Source: an uncultured Pseudomonadales bacterium
GTDB taxonomy: Bacteria > Patescibacteriota > Microgenomatia > UBA1400 > PJMF01
Assembly: GCA_964633875.1 (NCBI GenBank)
Contig: CAZWKL010000003.1
Coordinates: 7,849 to 71,848, forward strand
Length of the DNA stretch: 64,000 nt
Reading direction: 5' to 3'
A program made the translations under genes and the position numbers. A model generated the notes under the pieces. The model made no database searches. It worked only from the letters and a program-made list of their open reading frames with translations, and was not told the DNA's origin. Positions 18,916-28,675 of the stretch are shown here, piece after piece (position 1 is the stretch's first letter; every line of letters begins with the position of its first letter).

Positions 18916-19983
18916 TTAAGAATGTCGCAGTTTTTGTCTTTTCAAAACATACCGCGTTGCTGGTCCCTGACCTTGGGTAGTTAAGATGTTTTTTTCAACA
19001 AGCTCCATTAAGCGGCGTTGAACAGTCCGTTTAGGCAATGACAAAATGGCCACTGCTTCTTGAATAGTTATTTCACCAAATTGATATACAAAATCAAGCA
19101 GCGCTAACTCATCCGAGTCCAATCGAATGGGTTTATTATTATCGCCAATAACTTTGCCAACTTTGATGTATTGACTCAGGTTGGTAGCAACCTCTAGAAA
19201 TCCTTTAGCAAAAAATTCTAAAAACGGAGTTAAATCTGCCGACATGCGCTCATCAAATGTTTTTCCTTGACTTAAAGCCTGGTAATACTCAAGCCGGTGT
19301 TGTAAGTAAAAGGAATCAAGTGATAAGGAACCACGAAAATCATAGCCTGATGTTTTTAGATAATAAGATGTTAAGAGCCGAGTAGTTCTGCCATTGCCAT
19401 CAGAAAAAGGGTGAATCGAAACGAAAATATAGTGAATTAGTCCAACCAATAACACGGGGTGAAAGGAAGAGTTTTCCTGAGAAGATGCCCACTTCAGGAA
19501 GCTGTCAACAAGCTTGGGAACTCGTTGCGCTTCTGGACCTGTAAATTGAATAATTTCTTTGCCGTCAACTTCATTAACCACAAATACATCACCAGGACGC
19601 CAGTGACCGGACTTTTCTTTAGAAAGCAGTTTATCTGTAACAATGCGATGCAGCTCTAAAATATCTTTGGTTGTGAGCTGATTTTTTTGATCTGCTTTTT
19701 TGTTAATCCAATCAAGCGCGCGCTTATAGTTGAGTATTTCGACAATAGCATAATCTGAGGCAGTAATCGCTTTTCCTTGCAATACCTTTTGAACTTGGGC
19801 TTCACTCAGAGGATTACCTTCGATTGAAGTTGAACTGTGAACGGCTTCAACCGTAGCTCGAAATCGCAACTGAACCTCTAATTCGGGCAAAATAATGGCT
19901 CGATCAACAATGGTTTTCAGTCTCTCAATCTCGGCTATTTGACTATTGAGCTCTGGAGTGATGGTAAAAATGGGTTTAAACAT
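18916..19983 (-). CDS. Fic-family protein with C-terminal wHTH
   Basis: HPFSDGNGRTTR catalytic motif; SSTSIEGN inhibitory helix; C-terminal HTH. Confidence 0.92.
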   Translation of the reverse strand: MFKPIFTITPELNSQIAEIERLKTIVDRAIILPELEVQLRFRATVEAVHSSTSIEGNPLSEAQVQKVLQGKAITASDYAIVEILNYKRALDWINKKADQKNQLTTKDILELHRIVTDKLLSKEKSGHWRPGDVFVVNEVDGKEIIQFTGPEAQRVPKLVDSFLKWASSQENSSFHPVLLVGLIHYIFVSIHPFSDGNGRTTRLLTSYYLKTSGYDFRGSLSLDSFYLQHRLEYYQALSQGKTFDERMSADLTPFLEFFAKGFLEVATNLSQYIKVGKVIGDNNKPIRLDSDELALLDFVYQFGEITIQEAVAILSLPKRTVQRRLMELVEKNILTTQGQGPATRYVLKRQKLRHS

Positions 19984-20074
19984 ACGTTAAGTATACCACA
20001 TATCGTGCCAAAATCGTGCCACAAATCGCGCCAAGGCAAAGTACAATCTTTTGGTGTTGTAAAATTGAAACAAC

Positions 20075-20335
20075 TTAGAAAATTCCTAAGTCTTCACCTA
20101 TCGTCAAAGCCCCAATCATAACGATATCTTCAAATGTTGAATCATCTTCTGCTTGATAGCCGCCAGCCTCTAAGATCTCGGCTACTAGGTCAGCTTCAGT
20201 CAACTCTGGTTGGTCAGCATTCTTTTCTAGGTAAGCTGAGAAAAAGACTACAAACTCTACTCCTGTAGTAGATTCAACGGCTTCTTTTATGGCAGCTATC
20301 AGTTCAACACCTGATTCTTTATCTTCGTTGGGCAT
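20075..20335 (-). CDS. Small acidic hypothetical protein
   Basis: ORF track; start placed at MPNED. Confidence 0.5.
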   Translation of the reverse strand: MPNEDKESGVELIAAIKEAVESTTGVEFVVFFSAYLEKNADQPELTEADLVAEILEAGGYQAEDDSTFEDIVMIGALTIGEDLGIF

Positions 20336-20372
20336 TTTTGATTGTTCGTTTCCTGTCAAGTGTCAAGCAATG

Positions 20373-20525
20373 GGTCCGTCACCAAGTAATACAAAGGATC
20401 AGTTTGATGAGGTAATTACTCGGTGTGTTAGTCGTATTCTAGCAGTATTTGATGACAGTGTGCAGTTTGGATTAGTACGGCTAAGATTGAATGAGATAGC
20501 CCAAATCTCAGCTAGTGGTATTTGA
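20373..20525 (+). other. Stranded C-terminal tail frame of LSR-2
   Basis: GPSPSNTKDQFDEVITRCVSRILAVFDDSVQFGLVRLRLNEIAQISASGI*; in frame with LSR-2 ...ESW if joined at GGGT. Confidence 0.55.
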
Positions 20526-20563
20526 AACTGCTTCCAATGCTTCCATGCTTACAACTAGAACTA

Positions 20564-22576
20564 TTAATACTGCAGTTCAGAAAACTTAGTTTCAAATTCC
20601 TTACGGATTTTTTCAAAATTCTTGATTGTAGTATCTGAAAGGCTCATGCTCCCTGACTTAGCATTTTTCAAGAAGGTCTTGCCCATTAAAACCTTGTCCT
20701 TTTTAATTTTTTTAATGTATTCGGAGTTTGAACTTGTGTAAGTGACGCCCTCGTCCTCCAAAACATATTTTTTGAAATCTTCTGGTGAAAATAAATCTTC
20801 TATTGTTTTGCCATTTTCATCCGCAACCTTTACGACCTTTTCTTTTATTAGCCAAATCTTTTTTAAGTTTTTCTCTGACTCTGAAAATCCGCTATCGTTG
20901 TCGTATAGATAAAGAACTTTACAACCCCAGCCATGTAGTATGGTGCCTACAAATGGCATGTTAGGTCCACCCCCACCAAAAATAAAGTTAAGATCGCTAG
21001 TGTCTGTCAATTGCTTTAATCCATTGAGGTAATAAACATCCGACTGACCCTCGCAGACAATGTTTTTTTCTTTATCTAAATTCACTACTCCTGAAACTAA
21101 TTCAAGTCCAATTGCTGTTAGTATTGGGCGAAGGGTTTCCTTGTCCGATACCTTATGTATCTTCTGTTCTACAATTGTTCCGATGTTGTAACTGCTGGTT
21201 GCAAGAGATTTCCTTAGTTTATTTAGATCTTCCTCCTCCAATTTTTCAGGGTCAACATGAATCGAATAGTATTTTTCCTTGGTCTTTGAATGAGATTTTT
21301 CAGTATAAAACTTTGTTAGCTCAGAAATTTTTGTGGGGTCAATTTGATCTGACTCAATTGTCCTAGGAATCTTTCCTCTGAACACTAAGCGAATGCGTTC
21401 AAATTCGTTTGGATCAAGCAAATATGGTGAATGTGTTGTGAATAATACAGTTCGTTTTTTAGCTACTTCTGCTAACTTTTTCAAAATATCTCGTTGGGCT
21501 GATGCATGCAGAAATAAGCCAGGTTCATCTATAAGTAATACATTGTTTTTCTTATCTTGGGTTCTTGCTGTAACTCTAATATAAAAGGCTAAATGCCAGC
21601 GTTTGCCTTGACTTCTAATATCGGGGGGATAGTACGCGCCATCTTCTTTAATATGAAACGACAACACATTGGAGTCCCAGCTAAAGTGAAGGTTTGTAAA
21701 GTCTTGAGACCAAAATTTTTGATAATCTTCTTTAACCCTGATGTTTAGTTGTTCCTTATGCTCTTCTTTTTCATATGCTTGCCCGTTTTTTATGATTGCT
21801 AAATCAAGACCACTTATAGAAACAAGGTCTTTCATTATTGGTGTTGTTTCAATTTCTTCAATTGGTATTTCAGTGGGAAATTTTTCCTCGAATGAGTTGA
21901 ACAGAATAAAGTTAGGAATTAAATCTTGGAGTGCTTCTAAAAGCTTCACTTGAACATCAGATAGTGACTGCAACTTTGCAACTCCAACTTTTGCTTTTTG
22001 AACAAGACCGAGCACGAGCTGCTTTTCTTTATCTACCAACTCAGTGCTAGCTTGCAATAGAGGCTCTAATGTTCCCAGTTGGTTTAATAATTCCGCATAT
22101 GCAGTAATACCCTCAGGAGTAAGTTTTTTTAGGTCTGGATATTTTTCGAGTCTGGTATTTAACTCTTTTACTGCTTCACTTATTGTAACGAGATTGTCAT
22201 CATTGGCGGTTCCAAAAAAAGTGTGAAATGTATCCTCTGGCAGTAAGTACTTATTCGGAAAATCTTTAATAATTGTTACCTGTTTTTCGTTTTCAGAATT
22301 TACAATTTCTACACTCAGTTTTTTTGCTAGTGCCTGTAACTCTGTTGAATCTAATTTGAAGGTTAAAATTATTTTTGGTAGTTTATCTTTTCTATGAAGA
22401 TGCTTGGCTGTGGGACGAATATCTGAACCAGCGTTGAAGTCTTCCAAGGCTTCAAGTAAAGCTGTTTTTCCAGCCTCATTCTTCCCTGCAAAAATTGTAA
22501 TGCCTTGCTCAAGATAACAGTCACCTGAATCAATTATTGATTTATAGTTATGTACCCGAAGTTTTACAATTTGCAT
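20564..22576 (-). CDS. OLD-family ABC-ATPase/TOPRIM nuclease
   Basis: Walker A GKNEAGKT, Walker B LLIDEP, TTHSPY H-loop; TOPRIM CEGQSD and YDND. Confidence 0.85.
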   Translation of the reverse strand: MQIVKLRVHNYKSIIDSGDCYLEQGITIFAGKNEAGKTALLEALEDFNAGSDIRPTAKHLHRKDKLPKIILTFKLDSTELQALAKKLSVEIVNSENEKQVTIIKDFPNKYLLPEDTFHTFFGTANDDNLVTISEAVKELNTRLEKYPDLKKLTPEGITAYAELLNQLGTLEPLLQASTELVDKEKQLVLGLVQKAKVGVAKLQSLSDVQVKLLEALQDLIPNFILFNSFEEKFPTEIPIEEIETTPIMKDLVSISGLDLAIIKNGQAYEKEEHKEQLNIRVKEDYQKFWSQDFTNLHFSWDSNVLSFHIKEDGAYYPPDIRSQGKRWHLAFYIRVTARTQDKKNNVLLIDEPGLFLHASAQRDILKKLAEVAKKRTVLFTTHSPYLLDPNEFERIRLVFRGKIPRTIESDQIDPTKISELTKFYTEKSHSKTKEKYYSIHVDPEKLEEEDLNKLRKSLATSSYNIGTIVEQKIHKVSDKETLRPILTAIGLELVSGVVNLDKEKNIVCEGQSDVYYLNGLKQLTDTSDLNFIFGGGGPNMPFVGTILHGWGCKVLYLYDNDSGFSESEKNLKKIWLIKEKVVKVADENGKTIEDLFSPEDFKKYVLEDEGVTYTSSNSEYIKKIKKDKVLMGKTFLKNAKSGSMSLSDTTIKNFEKIRKEFETKFSELQY

Positions 22577-22729
22577 AATGTCAATCTAGATCTAAATATG
22601 CCTAAATTATACAGTAATTTCACTTCTTTTCTTACACAAATGTAGACATGGAAGCATAGAAAGCATAAATTGGTACTTCTTAGTCCAAAACCAAGTTTTC
22701 AGGTCGATACAATTAGTCTGTGAGTATGT

Positions 22730-22960
22730 TTAGGGGAGATCAATGCAACTGTCCAAGCAGTTGGCGTTACACTTGTTGAGTCTTTTGGCTGTTTTGAGTA
22801 GTCCTACTTTTAACCCGTACTTTTCAATTACCTGAATACTGTAGTCTGAGCAGGTTGGATAAAATCTGCAATGTAGCCACCGACTCAAAATTGGAGAAAG
22901 AAATCGTTGGTAGGTACTTAAACAAAAAACTGCCAATTGTTGAAATAGATTAAACCTCAT
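22730..22960 (-). CDS. YidD-like (haemolytic domain) protein
   Basis: YQRFLSP..CRFYPTCSDY..KYG..RLNKC. Confidence 0.8.
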   Translation of the reverse strand: MRFNLFQQLAVFCLSTYQRFLSPILSRWLHCRFYPTCSDYSIQVIEKYGLKVGLLKTAKRLNKCNANCLDSCIDLP

Positions 22961-23432
22961 GAGTGACTTGTTCTGTTTTAACTGCCTTAGAACCACACTT
23001 CGGACATTTACTAAAATCGGTTATTTTTTTGTCACTGAGAAATATAGCCGGCCAGCACCCAGTGCAACACATCATCGACTTGCTCACATTGTGCATAGCG
23101 TTGGATGCATTTTCCCATTTCTCCTCTTTGCCATAGTGCCAAATGTTTCCACATGATTGGCATGTGCCTCGGTTTTCTGTGATTTTTTTAGGTGCGTTCT
23201 TCCGAGCTAAAAACTCTTGTTTCTTTTTTTCTAACTCATCTTTATTCTTTTGGTTCAATTGTTTCCATGATTCTTCTCTTTTTGCAAAATTTTTTTCAAG
23301 CTCCACCCTGACTAGATTAGAGTGACATTTTGTGCAAATTTTATGACCCTCAAACTTTTTAAGGCTGGTAAATAGGAAGCTTAGTTTTTTTCCACAAATG
23401 TGGCAGTGTGTTTGTTTCATGATTATTTCCAT
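22950..23432 (-). CDS. Cys-rich multi zinc-ribbon protein
   Basis: CHIC, CTKC, CQSC, CCTGC, CPKC motifs around a coiled coil. Confidence 0.7.
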   Translation of the reverse strand: MEIIMKQTHCHICGKKLSFLFTSLKKFEGHKICTKCHSNLVRVELEKNFAKREESWKQLNQKNKDELEKKKQEFLARKNAPKKITENRGTCQSCGNIWHYGKEEKWENASNAMHNVSKSMMCCTGCWPAIFLSDKKITDFSKCPKCGSKAVKTEQVTHEV

Positions 23433-23535
23433 TTCTGTATCTGGCGACTGTCAGTATATATTATATATTCTTTTGCTAATAAATCTATACCAGTGGTAAG
23501 TCGACCCCTAGACGCTTTCACATCAAACTATAGGT

Positions 23536-23757
23536 GTGGCAAAAGCACCAAAAATCTACCAGCAAATTGCAGAGAATATCCAAAGAATCAGGAAGCAACG
23601 CGGATTGACCCAAGAAAAGCTCGCACTAAAAGCCGAGTTGAACCGTGCGTACACGGGCTACATCGAGAGAGGTGAGCGAAAACCAAGCGTTGAAACACTC
23701 CAAAAGATCGCAAAAGCACTTCAAGTTAAGATTCACGAGTTGTTTCTTTTTGACTAA
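23536..23757 (+). CDS. XRE HTH regulator (controller-protein-like)
   Basis: IRKQRGLTQEKLA..YIERGERKPS; directly upstream of hsdR. Confidence 0.85.
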   Translation: MAKAPKIYQQIAENIQRIRKQRGLTQEKLALKAELNRAYTGYIERGERKPSVETLQKIAKALQVKIHELFLFD

Positions 23758-23840
23758 CTTTCCATTTCTTTGCTATTAAGCTGTCCATATCCTGTCTAGC
23801 AGTATATAATTTTGGTATATCGAAATGGAAATAAAAAATT

Positions 23841-26204
23841 ATGTTGGATCAAAAAGAAGCTAGTGCAAGATTAAAAATCAACAAACTACTTGAGCAGTCT
23901 GGATGGAAGCTCCTTGACGATGATTTGGGTCAAGCCAATGTCACTGTCGAAAACCACCTTGTTGTAGATACCGACCAATCCACCAGCACACTTGGAGATG
24001 ACTTTGAGCGAATAAGCGGTGGCTTTGTAGACTATGTGTTATATGGTCAGAATCGTAAACCTTTAGCCGTACTTGAAGCTAAACGAAGTAAAATCCACCC
24101 ACTAGATGCCAAAGAGCAAGCCCGTGATTACGCCCTCAATCTTGGCGTTAAATGGGTTCTACTTTCAAATGGCGATACTCACTATCAGTGGAATGTAGAA
24201 GAAGGCAACCCAGAAGAAGTTCAACATTTTCCTACCCCAGAGTCACTCGAAACAAATACCAGTGCCAGCAAAGACACTAACGCTTTAGTCAATGAAATCG
24301 TTGGAGATGACTATGTTGCCCTAACTCAAAACCCAACTTACAAAGATGATCCTCGTTGGCAGTCCGAAGAAGGTCGTCAACAAATGCTTGAAGTTGATCG
24401 GCTTCGCTTCTTGCGTAAGTACCAAATTGAAGCGATTCAGTCTATTCAGCAAGCAGTAGCAAAGGGCAAAAAAAGATTTTTGTTTGAGATGGCTACTGGC
24501 ACAGGTAAGACCCTAACCAGTGCTGCGATTATTAAACTTTTCATTAAGACCCAAAATGCTACTAGAGTTCTCTTTTTAGTTGATCGGTTAGAACTAGAAA
24601 CGCAGACCTTCAAAAACTTCCGTGATTACTTAAAGCCAGACATCACGACTTATATCTTCAAAGAACACAAAGACGACTGGCACAGAGCCGAGGTGGTAGT
24701 GACTACCATCCAAAGCATCATGCACGACAACAAGTTTGAGCATATTTTTAACCCCAATGATTTTGACTTAATTATTTCAGACGAAGCACATCGGGCGATT
24801 GCCGGTCAGGGTGCAAGTAGAAATGTGTTTGACTACTTCTCAGGATTCAAACTCGGATTAACTGCCACACCAAAAGACTATCTAAAGAATCTAGCAACAG
24901 ACAAACTCGCCGAATCAGACCCACGCGAATATGAACGACGAGTCCAGTTCTCTACTTATCAAACTTTTGGTTGTGAAAGTGGCGAGCCTACATTTCGCTA
25001 TAGTCTGCTAGATGGTGTTAAAGATGGTTATTTAATTAACCCCTATGTTTTGGATTGTCGCACCAGAGTGACCACGCAACTACTTTCTGAGGAAGGATAC
25101 GCAGTAGCCAAGAATGAGGATGATGAGGGCGATGAGGAAGCAGTCTACAAAGCCAATGACTTTGAAAAGAAATTCTTTAGTCCAGAAACCAATCGCAAGT
25201 TTGTAGAGCTATTTATGGACAAAGCCCTGCGTGATCCAATTAGTGGCGAAATTGGTAAGACAATTATTTTCTGTGTCAGTCAAAGCCATGCTAGAAAAAT
25301 TACCGAACTTCTCAATGAGTATGCACACGAGTTATATCCACATATGTACGATTCCGACTTTGCCATGCAGATCACTTCCAATGTGCGTGACGCTCAAACC
25401 TCAACCATTAAGTTTGCCAACAACAATTTGCGAGGTAACTCACGAGTGATTGAGGGTTACAAAACCAGTAAGACTAGAGTTTGTGTGACAGTTGGCATGA
25501 TGACTACTGGCTATGACTGCCCTGACTTACTCAACATTTGTTTAATGCGACCAATCTTCTCCCCTCAGGACTTCGTACAGATCAAAGGTAGAGGCACCAG
25601 AAAACACACCTTTAATTATTCTCAACGATTAGAGGGCGAGCAAGTATCTAAGACCGTCAAAAAAGAACTATTTTACTTATTTGACTACTTCGCTAACTGC
25701 GATTATTTTGAGCATGACTACCCATACGATGAGATACCTGATTTACCAGTGGATAAACCACAGCCAGCCACTATTAGTGGACCCGGCGGAATTATCATTG
25801 ATTTCCCACCGCCAGATGAAACAGGACACACTCGCAGGGCTGGAGATCAGATTCAGACAGTCGCAGAAAAACAGATCGGTTATGAGGGTATGCCAATAGA
25901 CACCAAACTCTACGGCGTACTAAGAGATATGGCGAACACTTCTCAGGCTCAACGAGAAGAAAAACAACAACAAGCCCAAACTGGTTGGCAGGACTTTACT
26001 AAACAATTTGAAGTGCCGTATGAAAATATGGAGGATGTTCGATCGCTCTATATTTTGGCTTCGATGAATGAGGAATTAGCCAAGGACTTGAATGTGAGGG
26101 AGTTGGGTAAATATACTAATAATCCAGAGATGCTTGATCTTTTGCATCGCGTTGGAAAGTACTGGATTGAGTGCATTGCAAAGCATCTCCATTCTACAAA
26201 ATAG
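23841..26204 (+). CDS. hsdR: Type I restriction subunit
   Basis: DY..LEAK nuclease motif; ATGTGKT, DEAH, GLTATP, TTGYDCP, QIKGRGTR helicase motifs. Confidence 0.9.
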   Translation: MLDQKEASARLKINKLLEQSGWKLLDDDLGQANVTVENHLVVDTDQSTSTLGDDFERISGGFVDYVLYGQNRKPLAVLEAKRSKIHPLDAKEQARDYALNLGVKWVLLSNGDTHYQWNVEEGNPEEVQHFPTPESLETNTSASKDTNALVNEIVGDDYVALTQNPTYKDDPRWQSEEGRQQMLEVDRLRFLRKYQIEAIQSIQQAVAKGKKRFLFEMATGTGKTLTSAAIIKLFIKTQNATRVLFLVDRLELETQTFKNFRDYLKPDITTYIFKEHKDDWHRAEVVVTTIQSIMHDNKFEHIFNPNDFDLIISDEAHRAIAGQGASRNVFDYFSGFKLGLTATPKDYLKNLATDKLAESDPREYERRVQFSTYQTFGCESGEPTFRYSLLDGVKDGYLINPYVLDCRTRVTTQLLSEEGYAVAKNEDDEGDEEAVYKANDFEKKFFSPETNRKFVELFMDKALRDPISGEIGKTIIFCVSQSHARKITELLNEYAHELYPHMYDSDFAMQITSNVRDAQTSTIKFANNNLRGNSRVIEGYKTSKTRVCVTVGMMTTGYDCPDLLNICLMRPIFSPQDFVQIKGRGTRKHTFNYSQRLEGEQVSKTVKKELFYLFDYFANCDYFEHDYPYDEIPDLPVDKPQPATISGPGGIIIDFPPPDETGHTRRAGDQIQTVAEKQIGYEGMPIDTKLYGVLRDMANTSQAQREEKQQQAQTGWQDFTKQFEVPYENMEDVRSLYILASMNEELAKDLNVRELGKYTNNPEMLDLLHRVGKYWIECIAKHLHSTK

Positions 26205-26216
26205 GAAGTAAACAAC

Positions 26217-28673
26217 ATGTTAAGTTCTGCAACAAAAAAGAAAATAGATACAGCTCGTGATATTTTGGTGGGTAAAATCCCCATGCCTACCTCACAGGTT
26301 GAACAAATCACGCTTGCCTTAATTTACAAGTTCATGTCTGACATGGACAAGAAAACTAAGGACTTGGGTGACACCAGTGGCTTCTTTGCCAATGGCTACG
26401 AAAAGTACGCTTGGGATAATTTAATGGACAAGGCTTTACCTGCTAGAGATCGTGTTCTGCTCTATCGTGATGCCCTCGAAAAAATGGCACTTAATCCTCA
26501 CATTCCCCAGTTGTTCCGTGATATTTTCCGTAATGCTTCCTTGCCATTCAATGACCCAGAAACACTTAAATTATTCTTAGATGTAATCGACCAATTTGAG
26601 TACGACCATAGTGAAGAGTTGGGAAATGCTTTTGAGTATCTTCTGCAAGTCATGGGTAGTCAGGGAGATGCAGGACAATTCCGCACACCTCGCCACATCA
26701 TCGACTTTATTGTTGAAGTCGTAGACCCTCAAAAAACCGATACTGTACTAGACCCTGCTTGTGGTACTGCCGGATTTTTAATTTCTGCTTACAAACATTT
26801 GAGAAAAAATGGGCTTACTAATGATGACATGGATCAGATTTCTAAGAATTTTGTAGGGTATGACATTTCACAGGACATGCAACGCTTGTCACTGGTTAAT
26901 ATGTATCTCCATCGCTTTCCAGACCCACACATTTACGAATATGATTCTCTGTCGAGTGAAGACCGATGGAATGATGACTTTGATGTGATCTTAGCTAACC
27001 CACCATTCATGACTCCAAAGGGAGGTATACGACCTCATAATCGTTTCTCAGTGCCATCTAACCGAGCAGAGGTCTTGTTTGTCGACTACATCATGGAACA
27101 TCTGACCATCAATGGTAAGGCGGGTGTGATTGTGCCTGAGGGTATTATTTTTCAAAGTCAAAATGCCTACAAAGCATTGCGCAAAATGATGGTGGACAAT
27201 GATTACTTGTGGGCGGTGGTATCGTTGCCATCAGGGATTTTTCAGCCATATAGTGGAGTTAAAACAAGTGTACTTTTGTTCGACCGACAGTTAGCAAAAA
27301 AGACCAACAAGATTCTATTTGTAAAAGTTGAGAACGATGGGTTTGATTTAGGGGCACAGCGAAGAGCTTCAAAAAATGATGATTTGCCTGAGGCTATTAC
27401 TGTACTTAAAAAATACAAACAACGACTCATGGATGGTAAAGAAATTGACATTGAAGAGTCACGCACAGTTCAGTTGGTTGAAAAAGAATTAATTCGAGAA
27501 AATGGATACAACCTGAGTGAAAATGGATATAAAACCTCAATAAAAAAGAACTCTAGCTTTGAAGTTGTAAAACTTGGAGAAGTTGCAGAAATCATTTCTG
27601 GTCAGTCGCCTGATAGTGAATTCTACAACGATGCCTCCGAGGGTTTGCCTTTTTATCAGGGTAAAACTGAGTTCACAAATATGTATATTGATAAACCAAA
27701 AAGCTGGACTACTCAAGTAACTAAAGAAGCTGTTGCTGGCGATATTTTGATGTCAGTTCGAGCACCTGTTGGAACAGTTAATATATCTAATCAAAAGATT
27801 TGCATCGGTCGAGGTTTAGCTGCTATCAGGGTAAGCGATAAACTTAACAACATGTTTTTATTTTACCTTTTGAAAGCGAATGAAAAATACATTTCAAGTT
27901 TGGGAACAGGGAGTACATTCAAGTCGATAAATCGGAACCAAATTAGTGAGCTAGAAATTCCTTTACCACCACTATCAGTCCAGCAAGAAATTGTTGAAGA
28001 ATTAGACAGATACCAAAGAATAATTGACGGTGCAAAACAGGTAGTAGACAACTACCAGCCAAGTTTCAAAATTGAGGATGATTGGGAGTGGGTGGATGTT
28101 GGGGATGTATGCACAATTCGAGGAGGTTACGCGTTTAAGAGTGATGACTTTGTTTCAGATGGTGTTCAGTTGATTAGGATGGGAAATGTTAAACAGAGCT
28201 TTTTTGATAAAGATAATAAACAGGCATATTTACCAGAATCATATGTAGAAAAATATCCCGATTATGTACTTTCTCAGGGCGATATTCTTATTTCAATGAC
28301 TGGTACAGTTGGCAAAGATGACTATGGCAATGTCTGCCGAGTGGATGAGGATAAAAAATACCTGTTAAACCAACGAGTTGCCAAACTTGAGCCTAATAGC
28401 TCAAAAATTGACCCAGATTACTTTTACTTTTGTACAATATCAAGCTTTTTCAAAAAGGGAGTGTTAGCAAATAGTTCAGGCGGAGTAAGACAAGCCAATG
28501 TAAGTGCGTCAGGTATATCTAAAGTTAAAATTCCATTGCCACCCCTTTCAGTTCAAAAAGAAATTGCCAACAGACTTACTAGTGAGAGTAAGATTGTTCA
28601 GTCAAATACACTTTTGATTAAAAACTTTGAGACAGCGATCAAGTCGAAAGTTGATGGTATTTGGGGAAAATAA
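26217..28673 (+). CDS. Fused type I methyltransferase-specificity subunit (HsdM-HsdS)
   Basis: GQFRTP, DPACGTAGF, NPPF (m6A type), then two TRDs each followed by IPLPPLSVQ. Confidence 0.9.
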   Translation: MLSSATKKKIDTARDILVGKIPMPTSQVEQITLALIYKFMSDMDKKTKDLGDTSGFFANGYEKYAWDNLMDKALPARDRVLLYRDALEKMALNPHIPQLFRDIFRNASLPFNDPETLKLFLDVIDQFEYDHSEELGNAFEYLLQVMGSQGDAGQFRTPRHIIDFIVEVVDPQKTDTVLDPACGTAGFLISAYKHLRKNGLTNDDMDQISKNFVGYDISQDMQRLSLVNMYLHRFPDPHIYEYDSLSSEDRWNDDFDVILANPPFMTPKGGIRPHNRFSVPSNRAEVLFVDYIMEHLTINGKAGVIVPEGIIFQSQNAYKALRKMMVDNDYLWAVVSLPSGIFQPYSGVKTSVLLFDRQLAKKTNKILFVKVENDGFDLGAQRRASKNDDLPEAITVLKKYKQRLMDGKEIDIEESRTVQLVEKELIRENGYNLSENGYKTSIKKNSSFEVVKLGEVAEIISGQSPDSEFYNDASEGLPFYQGKTEFTNMYIDKPKSWTTQVTKEAVAGDILMSVRAPVGTVNISNQKICIGRGLAAIRVSDKLNNMFLFYLLKANEKYISSLGTGSTFKSINRNQISELEIPLPPLSVQQEIVEELDRYQRIIDGAKQVVDNYQPSFKIEDDWEWVDVGDVCTIRGGYAFKSDDFVSDGVQLIRMGNVKQSFFDKDNKQAYLPESYVEKYPDYVLSQGDILISMTGTVGKDDYGNVCRVDEDKKYLLNQRVAKLEPNSSKIDPDYFYFCTISSFFKKGVLANSSGGVRQANVSASGISKVKIPLPPLSVQKEIANRLTSESKIVQSNTLLIKNFETAIKSKVDGIWGK

Positions 28674-28675
28674 AC

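Noticed and set aside
20052-20057. TGGTGT as a left att core for the tRNA-His element
   Set aside because: Short match; the resulting tails are very short or overlap an antisense ORF, and I saw no flanking attP symmetry.
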